From: Thermoanaerobaculia bacterium
GTDB taxonomy: Bacteria; Acidobacteriota; Thermoanaerobaculia; Gp7-AA8
DNA: 64,000 nt
Direction: 5' to 3'
NCBI GenBank assembly: GCA_036488085.1
Contig: DASXHZ010000029.1
Coordinates: 42,860-106,859 of the forward strand
Made by a program: the position numbers and the translations under genes. Positions 1-8,878 of this stretch are shown here, in pieces. The notes beneath the pieces are model-generated. The model ran no database searches. It worked only from the letters and a program-made list of their open reading frames with translations, and was not told the DNA's origin. Numbering within the stretch: position 1 is the stretch's first letter; the number at the start of each line of letters is the position of its first letter.

Positions 1-203
1 TGTCCGCCGCTGACGATGCGGCGGACGTCGGCGCGCTGCTCGTCGTTCAGACGCGATCCGTGCTTCGTGAAGACCCAGTTGATCCTCGCTTCGACTTCGG
101 CGTTCGGCTGAATCTGTGCAGGCGCCGCCGGCTCGGCCGAGGCAGCGCGCGCCAACGCGCTGGCCGCGATGAGGCTGCCGAACGCCCTGCGCGAAATCCT
201 CAC
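1..203 (-). CDS. Partial CDS (N-terminal part only; continues past window start) with Tat-like signal peptide (SRRAFGSLIAASALARAASA); function unknown
   Basis: Reverse-strand translation from GTG at 203 gives VRISRRAFGSLIAASALARAASAEPAAPAQIQP... with no stop before the window edge. The GTG overlaps the stop of the upstream gene (GTGA). RR-x-F twin-arginine-like motif followed by a hydrophobic stretch and AxA. Confidence 0.3.
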   Translation of the reverse strand, partial: MRISRRAFGSLIAASALARAASAEPAAPAQIQPNAEVEARINWVFTKHGSRLNDEQRADVRRIVSGG

Positions 204-922
204 CGCCGCGCTCCGCGTCCGTGGAACTGCTCATGCCGTTGCGGACGGTCCGCCTTCGGGCGCCGCGGCTCGTTCTCCGCCGGCACGACCTCGACCCCTT
301 CGCTGCCCCGCCGTCCCGCACCGCCTCGCCGCGCCTTCTCGAGCGTCATCAGGAAGCCGAACGCCGGATCCTTGAACTGCATATGCCGCAGCAGGTTCCA
401 GTGCTTTCGCACGTACCGTTGCAGGTAGTCGAGCACATGACCGAGGGAGACGATCCGGCATGGAGGAACCTCGGAACCGGGGGGAAACGCGCCGAACGCG
501 ATGAGGCGCACCACGTAACCTGACCCGAGCGTGGCCGAGCCGGTGGCGAGCAGATCGTGGACGGCCCGCTCTTCCTCCCCGGCGTTCGGGACCAGGCGCG
601 AGATCACCACCTTCAGCACCGCGGGATCGCGGAAACCGGTGTTGATGTTGACGCGCCCCTCTTTCACTTCGCCGATGATCATGTCGACGCTGTCGGGAGT
701 CACGCCGAGGCCCGAGTCGACCTCGCTGACGTCGAGACCTTGCGGCTGGCGGCGCCGGCCCGGCGAGGGAAGGCCGCTCGGAAACCGGAATGCGAGGATG
801 TCGACGTCCGTGATCATCTGCGCGCCGTTGCGGCCCGCGCGCGCGATGATCGGATACTCCGCCGACGTGAAGTAGCCGTTGAGTTGAAGGTACGCCTGCA
901 CCAATGCGACAGCGTGATCCAT
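200..922 (-). CDS. Hypothetical protein with PD-(D/E)XK nuclease-like motif (DVDILAF ... IGEVKEG) and Arg-rich C-terminal tail
   Basis: 240-aa ORF. The D-x(n)-E-V-K pattern is reminiscent of restriction-endonuclease-like fold proteins. Start codon uncertain. Confidence 0.45.
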   Translation of the reverse strand: MDHAVALVQAYLQLNGYFTSAEYPIIARAGRNGAQMITDVDILAFRFPSGLPSPGRRRQPQGLDVSEVDSGLGVTPDSVDMIIGEVKEGRVNINTGFRDPAVLKVVISRLVPNAGEEERAVHDLLATGSATLGSGYVVRLIAFGAFPPGSEVPPCRIVSLGHVLDYLQRYVRKHWNLLRHMQFKDPAFGFLMTLEKARRGGAGRRGSEGVEVVPAENEPRRPKADRPQRHEQFHGRGARR

Positions 923-1017
923 GCGCGCATCATCGCATGGCTCCTGTTACCATGAAGGAACTCAGACGCCAGTGGCCAGTCGCCGGTTGACAGAGCTGTT
1001 TTCTGGCCACTGGCAAC

Positions 1018-1428
1018 TTGCCACCGGCCACCAAAACACGCATGGCCAATAACGGATCCGCGCCCAAGAAGCTGCTATACGACTGTTCCAAGTGCCCGGC
1101 GTACTGCTGCACGTACGACAGCATCGTCGTCGAGAGACGCGACCTGAAACGGCTCGCGAAGCACTTCGGAATCGACGAAGAGACCGCGCAACGCCGCTTC
1201 ACCAAGACCAAAGAAGGCGAGCAGGTCCTCCGTCACCACAAGGACGAGGTCTTCGGCAGCGCATGCATGTTCCTCGACCTCAAGACGCGCCGCTGCACGG
1301 TTTACGACGCGCGCCCGGGCGTCTGCCACGAATACCCCGACGCGGCGCGTTGCGGCTACTACGAGTTCCTTAGATGGGAGCGAACCCATCAGGGGGATGA
1401 CGAGTTCATCCCGATGAAGCCATACTAA
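1018..1428 (+). CDS. YkgJ/UPF0153-family putative zinc/iron-chelating protein (CxxCxxCC motif)
   Basis: CSKCPAYCC motif plus additional conserved Cys (RRCTVYDARPGVC). Size and pattern typical of PF03692-type proteins. True start may be the internal M at ~1042. Confidence 0.7.
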   Translation: MPPATKTRMANNGSAPKKLLYDCSKCPAYCCTYDSIVVERRDLKRLAKHFGIDEETAQRRFTKTKEGEQVLRHHKDEVFGSACMFLDLKTRRCTVYDARPGVCHEYPDAARCGYYEFLRWERTHQGDDEFIPMKPY

Positions 1429-1469
1429 GGAAAGAGCCGACTCGAGAGGAAGCGAACGGTAGTAGTTAT

Positions 1470-2447
1470 TTGTTGCACAGACGCATGAGGCAGGCGCTAT
1501 TGGTCGTGGCCGCCATGCTGCTCGCCGGCTGCGCGTTCGCGCAGGAGCAGCATTACGCCGAGAACGTCTCGGTCGGCTACGTCATGGTCCCGTTCACCGT
1601 CTTCGGCGCCCACAACGCGCCGCTCACCGACGTTCACGAAAAGGACGTGGAACTGTTCGTCGACGGCATACGGGTTAAGAGCGACCTCTTCGAGAGCGCC
1701 CTCAACGCGCCGATTTCCTACACCATCCTCCTCGACGGCTCCGGATCCATGGCCCTCGCGGGGAAGATGGAGGCAGCACGGGCCGCGATCGACGCCCTCA
1801 TGGCGCACCGGCAGCCTGACGACGATTTCGCGCTCTACGTCTTCGACGACAAAGAAGCGCATGAGGTCGTCCCGTTCACGAAGGACGGCAACGCCATCGA
1901 GACGGCGATCCGCGGCGTGAAGCCGTTCGGGAAAACGGCGTTTTTCGACGCCCTCGCCACGATGCCGGAGCGGAGCCGCCTCGGCCGCAACCCCACCCGC
2001 GCCATCATCCTGCTCAGCGACGGTATCGACAACAACTCTCACCTGACACGGGCCGAGCTCGACGGACAGCTCGAAGGGGTCGCGATTCCGATCTACGCCC
2101 TCGGTCTCCGCGAGCCGTCCGAGCTCAGCCTCGCCTCTACTGCGTCGGCATCGCCGAATGAGGCGCTCTCCGACATCCAACTCCTCGAGCAGATCTCGAA
2201 CGTCACCGGCGGGCGGCTCTTCCTCGGGAACGAGCCGCAACAACTCGCCGCCGCCGTCGATACGCTGAACCAAAATCTCCGAGCCCAATACTTACTCGGG
2301 TTTACTCCCACAGGAAAAGGTGCAGTAAAGTACCGCCGCATCTCGCTCAAGGTCGCCGGTCGCGTGCGTTCCGTCCGCGTCCGAGCGGGCTATCGCGGAA
2401 CTGAGCCGCCCACGCTCACCGCGGAAAAAGAAAGGAAGAAAAGCTGA
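1470..2447 (+). CDS. von Willebrand factor type A (VWA) domain lipoprotein
   Basis: Signal peptide with lipobox (LLAGCA). MIDAS motif DGSGSM and downstream conserved T/D residues (LLSDGIDN). Confidence 0.8.
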   Translation: MLHRRMRQALLVVAAMLLAGCAFAQEQHYAENVSVGYVMVPFTVFGAHNAPLTDVHEKDVELFVDGIRVKSDLFESALNAPISYTILLDGSGSMALAGKMEAARAAIDALMAHRQPDDDFALYVFDDKEAHEVVPFTKDGNAIETAIRGVKPFGKTAFFDALATMPERSRLGRNPTRAIILLSDGIDNNSHLTRAELDGQLEGVAIPIYALGLREPSELSLASTASASPNEALSDIQLLEQISNVTGGRLFLGNEPQQLAAAVDTLNQNLRAQYLLGFTPTGKGAVKYRRISLKVAGRVRSVRVRAGYRGTEPPTLTAEKERKKS

Positions 2448-3073
2448 TGAATCGATATGTCAAAGGACTGTCCCTCGGAATCCTCACGGCCGCGCTCGTA
2501 GGCTGCGCGACCAACAAGTCGGTCGACGAGAAGATCAACGCTCGCGTCGCCGAGACGGAAGCGAAGTCGAACCAGAAGATCGAGTCGGTCGCGGGTCAGG
2601 TCGAGCAGGTGCAGCAGCACCAGAAGGAACAGGACGCCCAGCTCGCCTCGCTCTCGCAGGAAGCGAAGGACGCCCTCAAGCGCGCCACCGACGCCGGCGT
2701 GCTGGCGAAAGGAAAAGTCGCCTTCCAGCAGACTTTCGGCGAAGACCGCGTGAAGTTCAAACTGAACAAGTATGAGCTCGACGACACCGCCAAGGCCGCT
2801 CTCGACGAATTCGCGACGAAGGTGAAAGGCCTGACCGATCAGTACTACATCGAGATCCAGGGCCACACCGACGACACCGGCGGAAAGCGCTACAACGAAG
2901 ACCTCGGCGAGCACCGTGCGGAAGCCGTCCGCCGCTACCTCTCGCGCTCGGCCAATCTCCCACTGATGCGCATGTCGACCATCAGCTACGGCGATACCCT
3001 CCCGGTCGCCCCGAACAAGACCCGCGCCGGCCGCGCCCAGAACCGCCGCGTCGTGATCGTGGTTCTGGAATAG
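2447..3073 (+). CDS. OmpA-family peptidoglycan-associated lipoprotein
   Basis: Lipobox LVGCA. Coiled-coil linker. C-terminal OmpA_C-like domain (YYIEIQGHTDDTGGKRYNEDLGEHRAEAVRRYL ... NRRV). ATGA start/stop overlap with the upstream VWA gene. Confidence 0.85.
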   Translation: MNRYVKGLSLGILTAALVGCATNKSVDEKINARVAETEAKSNQKIESVAGQVEQVQQHQKEQDAQLASLSQEAKDALKRATDAGVLAKGKVAFQQTFGEDRVKFKLNKYELDDTAKAALDEFATKVKGLTDQYYIEIQGHTDDTGGKRYNEDLGEHRAEAVRRYLSRSANLPLMRMSTISYGDTLPVAPNKTRAGRAQNRRVVIVVLE

Positions 3074-3085
3074 CCTCTCTCGTGT

Positions 3086-3116
3086 GGGCGCGGGCTGTCA
3101 GCCCGCGCCTTTTTGT
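3086..3116 (+). terminator. Rho-independent terminator downstream of VWA-OmpA operon
   Basis: GGCGCGGGC-tgtca-GCCCGCGCC hairpin followed by TTTTTG. Confidence 0.6.
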
Positions 3117-4321
3117 CAGTTCTGCGCTGGCGCGAGGGCATCAGCCACCGCCTCGGCTACGAGGCGATATCCGGCCGGTGAATAGTGCCCGTTGAAGAGC
3201 GATCCGACGCCATGCTGTTTCGCATAGGCAACGAGACGGGGGGTCGGGTCGATGATGTTGAATCCGCTCAACCGCTTCAGGTGTGCTTGCCAGGGATCGG
3301 GTTGTCCGTTCATCACACTCGTGATCGTGTCCTGGAGGGGCAGATAGACGAGGAAGAATGGCTTGCCGCTCCGCGTCACTTCGTCGCGGTAGCGTTCGAG
3401 CAGAGCGACCGTCACATTCGTTGACTCGCCGTACGGACCGAGGGCGGAAGCGGTGCGCGCCGCATCGGCAGCTTCTTTCTTCGCGACGAAACCGTCGACG
3501 AGCGTACAGATCAATTTGCTCGGCGCGAACCATCGACGCTGGTACTTGCTCCCGTAATACAGCTCGTAATGTGCGAGAGGCCACCTATCGAAGTTGCGCA
3601 AAGTTTTAACGACATCCTCGGGCGCCGGCGTCGGATCGTCGATCAATTGCAACGCACCGTTGCGGAGAAGGAATCTCGGCTTTGCGAACGGAATCCCAGT
3701 GCCCGGAAACGCCACGATCCGAAAAAGCGTGACGTCGCGCGTCAAGTTCTCCATTTGAAGGCCCTGCACGACGACGCTCGCGTCGAAGCGCGCAGCGTCT
3801 CGCGCGTAGCGTAAGTAGGCCTGATCGAACCCGTATCCGCCGACGGCGAAGTCGAGTACCTCGGCATTCTTGCCGCGCTCTTTGAGCAGACGCTCGACCT
3901 GTCGGGCGGGTGAATCCTCGAGACCGGCATTGAACCCGAACATGAACGAGTCGCCGGTCCAGATCACCCGATACGTTCCCGGCCGCATTGCGGCGGTGTA
4001 GTCGTCGTTGGAGCGCAAACCGTACGCGTTGACGCAATAGAGGTGATCGTCGGTACACGCTCGCGGACGGTTGGTCCACCCGAGCTGCGGGTCGTACATC
4101 ATGAAACCGTTCGGATTGGCGTTGTATTGGTCGATCAGCCTCTTCGCTTGGGCTACCGGCAGCGCGTATGGACGAACCGGCTTGTCGCGGAAGTAGAACG
4201 TCCCATCGGCGTCGAAATGACCCCGCATCCGGACGTAAAGTTCGCCCACTCCGACGGCGAGCGCGAGGGAGAGGAGAAAGAAAACGAGGCTGAAGATCGA
4301 TGCCCGACGCTGGTTCGGCAT
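3116..4321 (-). CDS. SGNH/GDSL-type hydrolase family protein (AlgX/AlgJ/DltD-like), N-terminal membrane anchor
   Basis: N-terminal TM segment. GDS block WTGDSFMFG. Overall SGNH architecture. Last gene of the carbamoyltransferase operon. Confidence 0.7.
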   Translation of the reverse strand: MPNQRRASIFSLVFFLLSLALAVGVGELYVRMRGHFDADGTFYFRDKPVRPYALPVAQAKRLIDQYNANPNGFMMYDPQLGWTNRPRACTDDHLYCVNAYGLRSNDDYTAAMRPGTYRVIWTGDSFMFGFNAGLEDSPARQVERLLKERGKNAEVLDFAVGGYGFDQAYLRYARDAARFDASVVVQGLQMENLTRDVTLFRIVAFPGTGIPFAKPRFLLRNGALQLIDDPTPAPEDVVKTLRNFDRWPLAHYELYYGSKYQRRWFAPSKLICTLVDGFVAKKEAADAARTASALGPYGESTNVTVALLERYRDEVTRSGKPFFLVYLPLQDTITSVMNGQPDPWQAHLKRLSGFNIIDPTPRLVAYAKQHGVGSLFNGHYSPAGYRLVAEAVADALAPAQN

Positions 4322-4327
4322 GCTGAC

Positions 4328-4480
4328 TCAGAAGAGCGAGTAAATGAACGGCGCGATCGCGGAGCCGGCTGTCAGAGTGATGATCGCGCTCAGCACGAGA
4401 AGGATGAGAAACACCGGTACTAGCCACAATTTCTTGCGCTCGCGCACGAAGTCCCAAAACTCGTGAAGAAAATCGATCAT
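4328..4480 (-). CDS. Small (50 aa) single-TM protein, DUF5989-like, conserved partner of SxtJ/carbamoyltransferase
   Basis: ATG at 4480, stop at 4328. MIDFLHEFWDFVRERKKLWLVPVFLILLVLSAIITLTAGSAIAPFIYSLF. Not in the ORF table (<60 aa). Tightly packed between the SxtJ stop (4485) and the SGNH start (4321). Confidence 0.6.
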   Translation of the reverse strand: MIDFLHEFWDFVRERKKLWLVPVFLILLVLSAIITLTAGSAIAPFIYSLF

Positions 4481-4484
4481 CGGA

Positions 4485-4898
4485 TCAGAACTGCTTCTCG
4501 ACGTGCCGGTCGCCGTACGAGTGCGGCTTCACCTCGATCCAGTACGAATCCGCACGCCGGTGTCGCTCGATCGGAGATTTTCGCAGCAGCCGCATGATGA
4601 TTCCGAGCGGCGTTACGACGAGGAAGAATACCACCGCCAGGATGATCGCGGTCTGCACCCTGCCGAGCACTTCCGCGAACGCCATCCAGGCTCGATAGAC
4701 CGGAGTCAGACGGAGCGGCGCGACTAAGCCGAGGACGATCAACAGCGCCCCGAGCAGCATGATGGCGAGGGACCACGTGGATGAATGACGCCACTGCCGA
4801 ATCGCGCCGAGGATGACGAAGCAGCCTCCTACGAGGAGCGCGAAGTGCAGCAGTGTCGTTCGCGAAATCACGGCGCTCTCAGTCGAGCTCGAACTCAT
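4485..4898 (-). CDS. SxtJ-family membrane protein
   Basis: The ORF frame 4485..5105 contains MSSSSTE... (M70), a hydrophobic membrane protein with the characteristic C-terminus ...RADSYWIEVKPH. It overlaps the carbamoyltransferase stop by ~20 nt. The upstream part of the listed ORF is an alternate-frame artefact. Confidence 0.65.
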   Translation of the reverse strand: MSSSSTESAVISRTTLLHFALLVGGCFVILGAIRQWRHSSTWSLAIMLLGALLIVLGLVAPLRLTPVYRAWMAFAEVLGRVQTAIILAVVFFLVVTPLGIIMRLLRKSPIERHRRADSYWIEVKPHSYGDRHVEKQF

Positions 4899-6699
4899 GC
4901 CGCTCCTTTCTCGCGACGGCGAGCCCGACTTGGTCCTTGCGCACGAGAAGACAGTGTCCGATGACGAGCGCGTCCATCTCCGTGTGTACGAAGCAGCGGT
5001 ACGCTTCGTCCGGACTGCAGACGATTGGCTCGCCGCGAACATTGAAGGAGGTGTTGACGAGAATGGGGCAGCCGGTGAGATCGCGAAATGCCTCGATGAG
5101 CGCATGAAAACGAGGATTTGTCTCGCGGTGAACCGTCTGCACGCGGGCGGAATAGTCGATGTGCGTGACGGCGGGGATCGTCGAGCGCGGCACGTTCAAC
5201 TTGTCGATGCCGAAGAGGTGCGACTCTTCTTCGCTCATCGCAATGCGGTGCTCCTCTCGTACGCTGGCGACGAGCATCATGTAGGGACTCTCGACGTCGA
5301 GGTCGAACCAATTTCGTGACTCTTCGGCGAGCACTGCCGGTGCAAACGGACGAAACGACTCCCGATACTTGATCTTGAGGTTCATCCGCTTCTGCATGTC
5401 GCGGTCGCGCGGGTCGCCGAGAATCGATCGCGCGCCGAGAGCCCGCGGGCCGAACTCCATACGCCCGCTCATCCAGCCGACCACCGCGCCCTCGCTGAGA
5501 AGCTTTGCGACCGCCGGAATCAGCTCGTCATCGCGCATCGCCGAGAAGGTCGCTCCCTCTTTCGTGAGTGCCGCTTCGATTTCATCGGCCGCGTACTCCG
5601 GCCCGAGGTACGAACCCTCCTGGGAGTCGGACGACCCGCCGGCCATCCGTTCGCTGCCGAGGTATTGATGCCACGCCGCGTAGGCAGCTCCAAGAGCGCC
5701 GCCTGCGTCGCCGGCCGCCGGCTGCATCCAGAGCTTTTCGAAAGGACCCTCGCGAAGAATGCGGCCGTTTCCGACGCAGTTGAGCGCTACTCCGCCGGCG
5801 AGGCAAAGGTTGGGAAGCTGGGTCACACGATGGACGTGAGCCGCGATTCGCAGCATGACGTCTTCGGTCACTTTTTGGATGCTGGCCGCGAGATCGAGGT
5901 CGCGCTGCGTCAGCTTCGACTCCGGATCGCGCGGTAGGCCGCCGAACAGGCGATGGAACCGTTCGTTCGTCATCGTCACGCCTTGCGCGAAGTTGAAATA
6001 GTCGAGATCGAGCCGGAACGAGCCGTCCTCTTTGATGTCGATCAGATGCTCGCGAATCGCCGCCTCGTAAACCGGCGATCCATATGGCGCCAGACCCATG
6101 ACCTTGTATTCACCGGAGTTCACCTTGAACCCGGTGTAGTAGGTGAACGCGGAATAGAGCAGGCCAATCGAATGCGGGAACCGAATCTCCGCCAGCGGCG
6201 TGAGGCGATTGCCCCGTCCCGTCCAGTAGCTCGTCGTCGCCCATTCGCCGACGCCGTCAAAGCAGATGACCGCCGCCTCGTCGAACGGCGAGGGAAAAAA
6301 AGCGCTCGCGGCATGCGCCTCGTGATGTTGCGTGAAGAGAATCTTCCCCTCGTAACCGGTGAACTGCCGGATCTCGCGCGGCATGTGGAGCTTTTCCTTG
6401 AGCCACAGCGGCATCGACTTGAGGAACGAGGTGAGGCCGAAAGGGGCGACGCCGACGTACGTGCTGAGGAGGCGCTCGAATTTCAGAAGCGGCTTGTCAT
6501 AGAAGACGAGGTAATCGACGTCGTTGATCGAGGAGAGGCCGCCCTGGCGCAGCACATAGTCGACGGCATGGATGGGAAATCCGTGGTCGTTCTTCTTGCG
6601 CGTGAATCGCTCTTCCTGCGCCGCGCCCACGAGTGCTCCGTCGCGCAGGAGGCACGCGGCCGAGTCGTGGTAGTAGGCGGAGATGCCGAGAATGTCCAT
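4879..6699 (-). CDS. Carbamoyltransferase (NodU/CmcH/Kae1-like N-domain plus C-terminal carbamoyltransferase domain)
   Basis: The real start is MDILGISAYYHDSAA, the typical Kae1/NodU N-terminus. HHEAHAASAF and other conserved blocks are present. 607 aa. The ORF table extends the frame upstream into the xth gene. Confidence 0.9.
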   Translation of the reverse strand: MDILGISAYYHDSAACLLRDGALVGAAQEERFTRKKNDHGFPIHAVDYVLRQGGLSSINDVDYLVFYDKPLLKFERLLSTYVGVAPFGLTSFLKSMPLWLKEKLHMPREIRQFTGYEGKILFTQHHEAHAASAFFPSPFDEAAVICFDGVGEWATTSYWTGRGNRLTPLAEIRFPHSIGLLYSAFTYYTGFKVNSGEYKVMGLAPYGSPVYEAAIREHLIDIKEDGSFRLDLDYFNFAQGVTMTNERFHRLFGGLPRDPESKLTQRDLDLAASIQKVTEDVMLRIAAHVHRVTQLPNLCLAGGVALNCVGNGRILREGPFEKLWMQPAAGDAGGALGAAYAAWHQYLGSERMAGGSSDSQEGSYLGPEYAADEIEAALTKEGATFSAMRDDELIPAVAKLLSEGAVVGWMSGRMEFGPRALGARSILGDPRDRDMQKRMNLKIKYRESFRPFAPAVLAEESRNWFDLDVESPYMMLVASVREEHRIAMSEEESHLFGIDKLNVPRSTIPAVTHIDYSARVQTVHRETNPRFHALIEAFRDLTGCPILVNTSFNVRGEPIVCSPDEAYRCFVHTEMDALVIGHCLLVRKDQVGLAVARKERHEFELD

Positions 6700-6760
6700 G
6701 TTCGAGCGGATGGTTCGAGCAAATGTTCGAGCGGATTCGCTGGGAGGATACTTCCTCGGC

Positions 6761-7510
6761 TCACTCGAACGTCGCCACGACCGGTGCGTGATCGCTCGTC
6801 CCGATCTCGCGGTACGACGGACACGCCGTCGCGCGCTCCGCAAGCGCGTTACTCGCGAGCACATAGTCGAGCCGCCAGCCGATGTTCCGCTGGCGCATGT
6901 TCCGCCACGGCGCCCACCAACTGAAGTACTCCTCGTCTGCGGGATAGAGCTTGCGGCCGACGTCGGCGAGGCCGCCGTCGCGCAGCAGCTCCTCGAACAT
7001 CCCGCGCTCTTCGGGCAACTGGCCGATCGCGCGCGGCTTCCGCTCCTTCGGATGAACGTCCATCTCGCTCCGTGCGATGTTCATGTCGCCGCAGATGACG
7101 AGCTGCCGCCCGGCCTCGCGCATCGACCGCGCGTACGCGATCAGCTCTCGGAAAAAAGCGATCTTCGCCGTGAAATCCTTGCCCCCATTCGGAACGTAAA
7201 CCGATGCAACCGTCGTCTCCCCGATTTCCGCCTGAACGATGCGCGTCTCGCTGTCGAAGTGCGGATGCGAGAACTTCGGCTCTCCCGGGAACGCCGCGCG
7301 CCGCACGTGCAGCCCGACGCCCGAGTAGGCTGCCTCGCCGTGCCAGTAACACGCATAGCCTTCGAGATCGCAGATCGAAGGCGGAATCTGCTCCTGCTTC
7401 GCCTTCAACTCCTGCAGACAGACGACGTCCGGCTGCTCCGCCGTGACCCAATCGAGGAACTGCTCGTGCCGGGCGCGAATCCCGTTCACGTTCCAAGTCG
7501 CGATTTTCAT
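6761..7510 (-). CDS. xthA: Exodeoxyribonuclease III
   Basis: MKIATWNVNGIRAR N-terminus. Full ExoIII/EEP-family signature through the C-terminal SDHAPV. Confidence 0.9.
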   Translation of the reverse strand: MKIATWNVNGIRARHEQFLDWVTAEQPDVVCLQELKAKQEQIPPSICDLEGYACYWHGEAAYSGVGLHVRRAAFPGEPKFSHPHFDSETRIVQAEIGETTVASVYVPNGGKDFTAKIAFFRELIAYARSMREAGRQLVICGDMNIARSEMDVHPKERKPRAIGQLPEERGMFEELLRDGGLADVGRKLYPADEEYFSWWAPWRNMRQRNIGWRLDYVLASNALAERATACPSYREIGTSDHAPVVATFE

Positions 7511-7519
7511 AGCGGGCAT

Positions 7520-7942
7520 TCTAGAGGGCGTGATCCGTGATCCGGGTCAGGGATCACGAGTAACGGGTAACGGCTCACGGGTGTCGACTGGCCCCGACGT
7601 GCTCTGCCATGGCACGTTCTTCCCTTCCACTGGCTAAATTGTTGATTCGACCGGCGCAAAGAGTGAAACGCACATCGCGAAATGACCCAAAATCAGCAGA
7701 AAGGTCCCTGACCGCGAGGGTCGAGACGCTCGCGATTACGTCAGAACGAGCTCGCGCTAAGGCCTAACCGGGTAACGGATCACGGATAACGGATCGCGCC
7801 CGAGTGACCCCTCACGGCGCCACGATGTCTCACGACGCGGACGCGTCGGCACGTAAGTCGCTGCAAATTCGGCCGAAATCCCGGCGCCACTTCTTGCAAG
7901 CGACCCGGGCGGCAGCTACCGCCGCACACTCAAGGAGCGTTC
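7520..7942. promoter_or_regulatory. 420-bp divergent intergenic region (xth <-> OMP gene) rich in short repeats
   Basis: Inverted repeat GTGATCC-N7-GGATCAC at ~7537-7557. Recurring GTAACGG / GATCACGG / GATAACGG units (7561-7580, 7769-7795). 10-bp palindrome TGCCATGGCA. GGAG RBS before the 7943 start. Confidence 0.3.
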
Positions 7943-8608
7943 ATGAAACGAGTCGTTCTTCTCATTTTCGCCGCTGTTCTCCTCACACCATCGCTGTTCG
8001 CACAGAACTGGCGCGGCCGCGGTTACTACGACAACCGCCCGCGCGACAACGCATTCGAGCTCGAGCCGTTCGTCGGCTACCGGTGGGGCGGGACGATCTT
8101 CGCCGACACCACCACCCTCTACGGCGGTCACGACGTCGACCTCCAGAGTTCCGCGAACCTCGGCCTCAACTTCGCCATCCCGACCGGCGTCAACGGGATG
8201 AAGGTCGAACTGATGGTGAACCACCAGTCGTCCACCCTCGGCCACGGCAGCGGAACACTCTTCACGCCTGGCAACAACGTCGGTGACTTCGGGGTCACCT
8301 ACTACCACGCCGGGCTGCTGGTGCCCTTCAACCAGTCGCGCGGCGCGACACCGTTCGTGATCGTCAGCGCCGGGATGACGAATCTCGATCCGAAGATGTC
8401 GGGCGTTTCGTCGTCGAACAAGTTCTCGGCCTCGGCGGGTATCGGCGTCAAGGTGCCGATCAATCCGAGCATTTCCCTTCGCGGGGAAGTGCGCGGCTAC
8501 TTCACCGCCGTCGGAAGTAACAGCGGCTGCAACCGTTGTTCGTACGGGTACTCGGACAACAACTTCTACCAAGGCGAAGCGAACCTGGGCGTAGTTTTCA
8601 GATTTTAA
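7943..8608 (+). CDS. Outer-membrane beta-barrel protein (OmpA-like TM barrel / porin family)
   Basis: Signal peptide (LFAQN). Alternating amphipathic beta-strand pattern. C-terminal aromatic signature ...GVVFRF. Confidence 0.8.
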   Translation: MKRVVLLIFAAVLLTPSLFAQNWRGRGYYDNRPRDNAFELEPFVGYRWGGTIFADTTTLYGGHDVDLQSSANLGLNFAIPTGVNGMKVELMVNHQSSTLGHGSGTLFTPGNNVGDFGVTYYHAGLLVPFNQSRGATPFVIVSAGMTNLDPKMSGVSSSNKFSASAGIGVKVPINPSISLRGEVRGYFTAVGSNSGCNRCSYGYSDNNFYQGEANLGVVFRF

Positions 8609-8620
8609 ACGACTTACCGT

Positions 8621-8642
8621 AGGGCGGGCCGCAGCCCGCCCT
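8621..8642 (+). terminator. Stem-loop downstream of OMP gene (possible terminator)
   Basis: AGGGCGGGC-cgca-GCCCGCCCT perfect hairpin. Weak T-tract. Confidence 0.4.
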
Positions 8643-8674
8643 ATCTGGCCCACCGGTTGCATACGTCCGCGTGT

Positions 8675-8878
8675 ATGAGCGGAACGGAACTGCACGAGCA
8701 ACGGATGGCGCTCGGATACAGCCGCAATCTTCTCGCTGAGATCCTGCAGGTCGAGCCGGAACAGCTCGCGTCGTGGGAGCGCGGTGATGCCGCGATCGAC
8801 GACGACGACATCCAGTTCGCCCTCCGGGCGCTGGCGCGCACCAGGCGCGGCGCCGCTACTGCCAGCGAAAGATTTTGA
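8675..8878 (+). CDS. Small XRE-family helix-turn-helix protein
   Basis: LHEQRMALGYSRNLLAEILQVEPEQLASWERGDAAID matches the HTH_XRE pattern. The 3' end overlaps the convergent ABC permease. Confidence 0.45.
   Translation: MSGTELHEQRMALGYSRNLLAEILQVEPEQLASWERGDAAIDDDDIQFALRALARTRRGAATASERF

Noticed and set aside
3606-4457. 283-aa and other long Arg-rich ORFs (e.g. 5953..6924, 12142..13584, 27029..28921, 32239..33441, 34392..35615, 35973..37109, 41402..42259, 56253..57386, 56558..58531, 59247..60161)
   Set aside because: All overlap well-supported genes on the opposite strand or in another frame, and they have R/A/G/P-dominated low-complexity composition. They are treated as GC-driven spurious ORFs.
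4879-6864. Upstream extension of carbamoyltransferase ORF (MCSRVTRLRS...)
   Set aside because: The extra 55 codons are Arg-rich and overlap xthA. The conserved Kae1/NodU N-terminus begins at MDILGISAYY (6699).
7600-7640. Possible sigma-54 promoter (TGGCACG-N4-TCCC)
   Set aside because: The -12 element does not match TTGC, and there is no enhancer-binding-protein gene nearby. Too weak.
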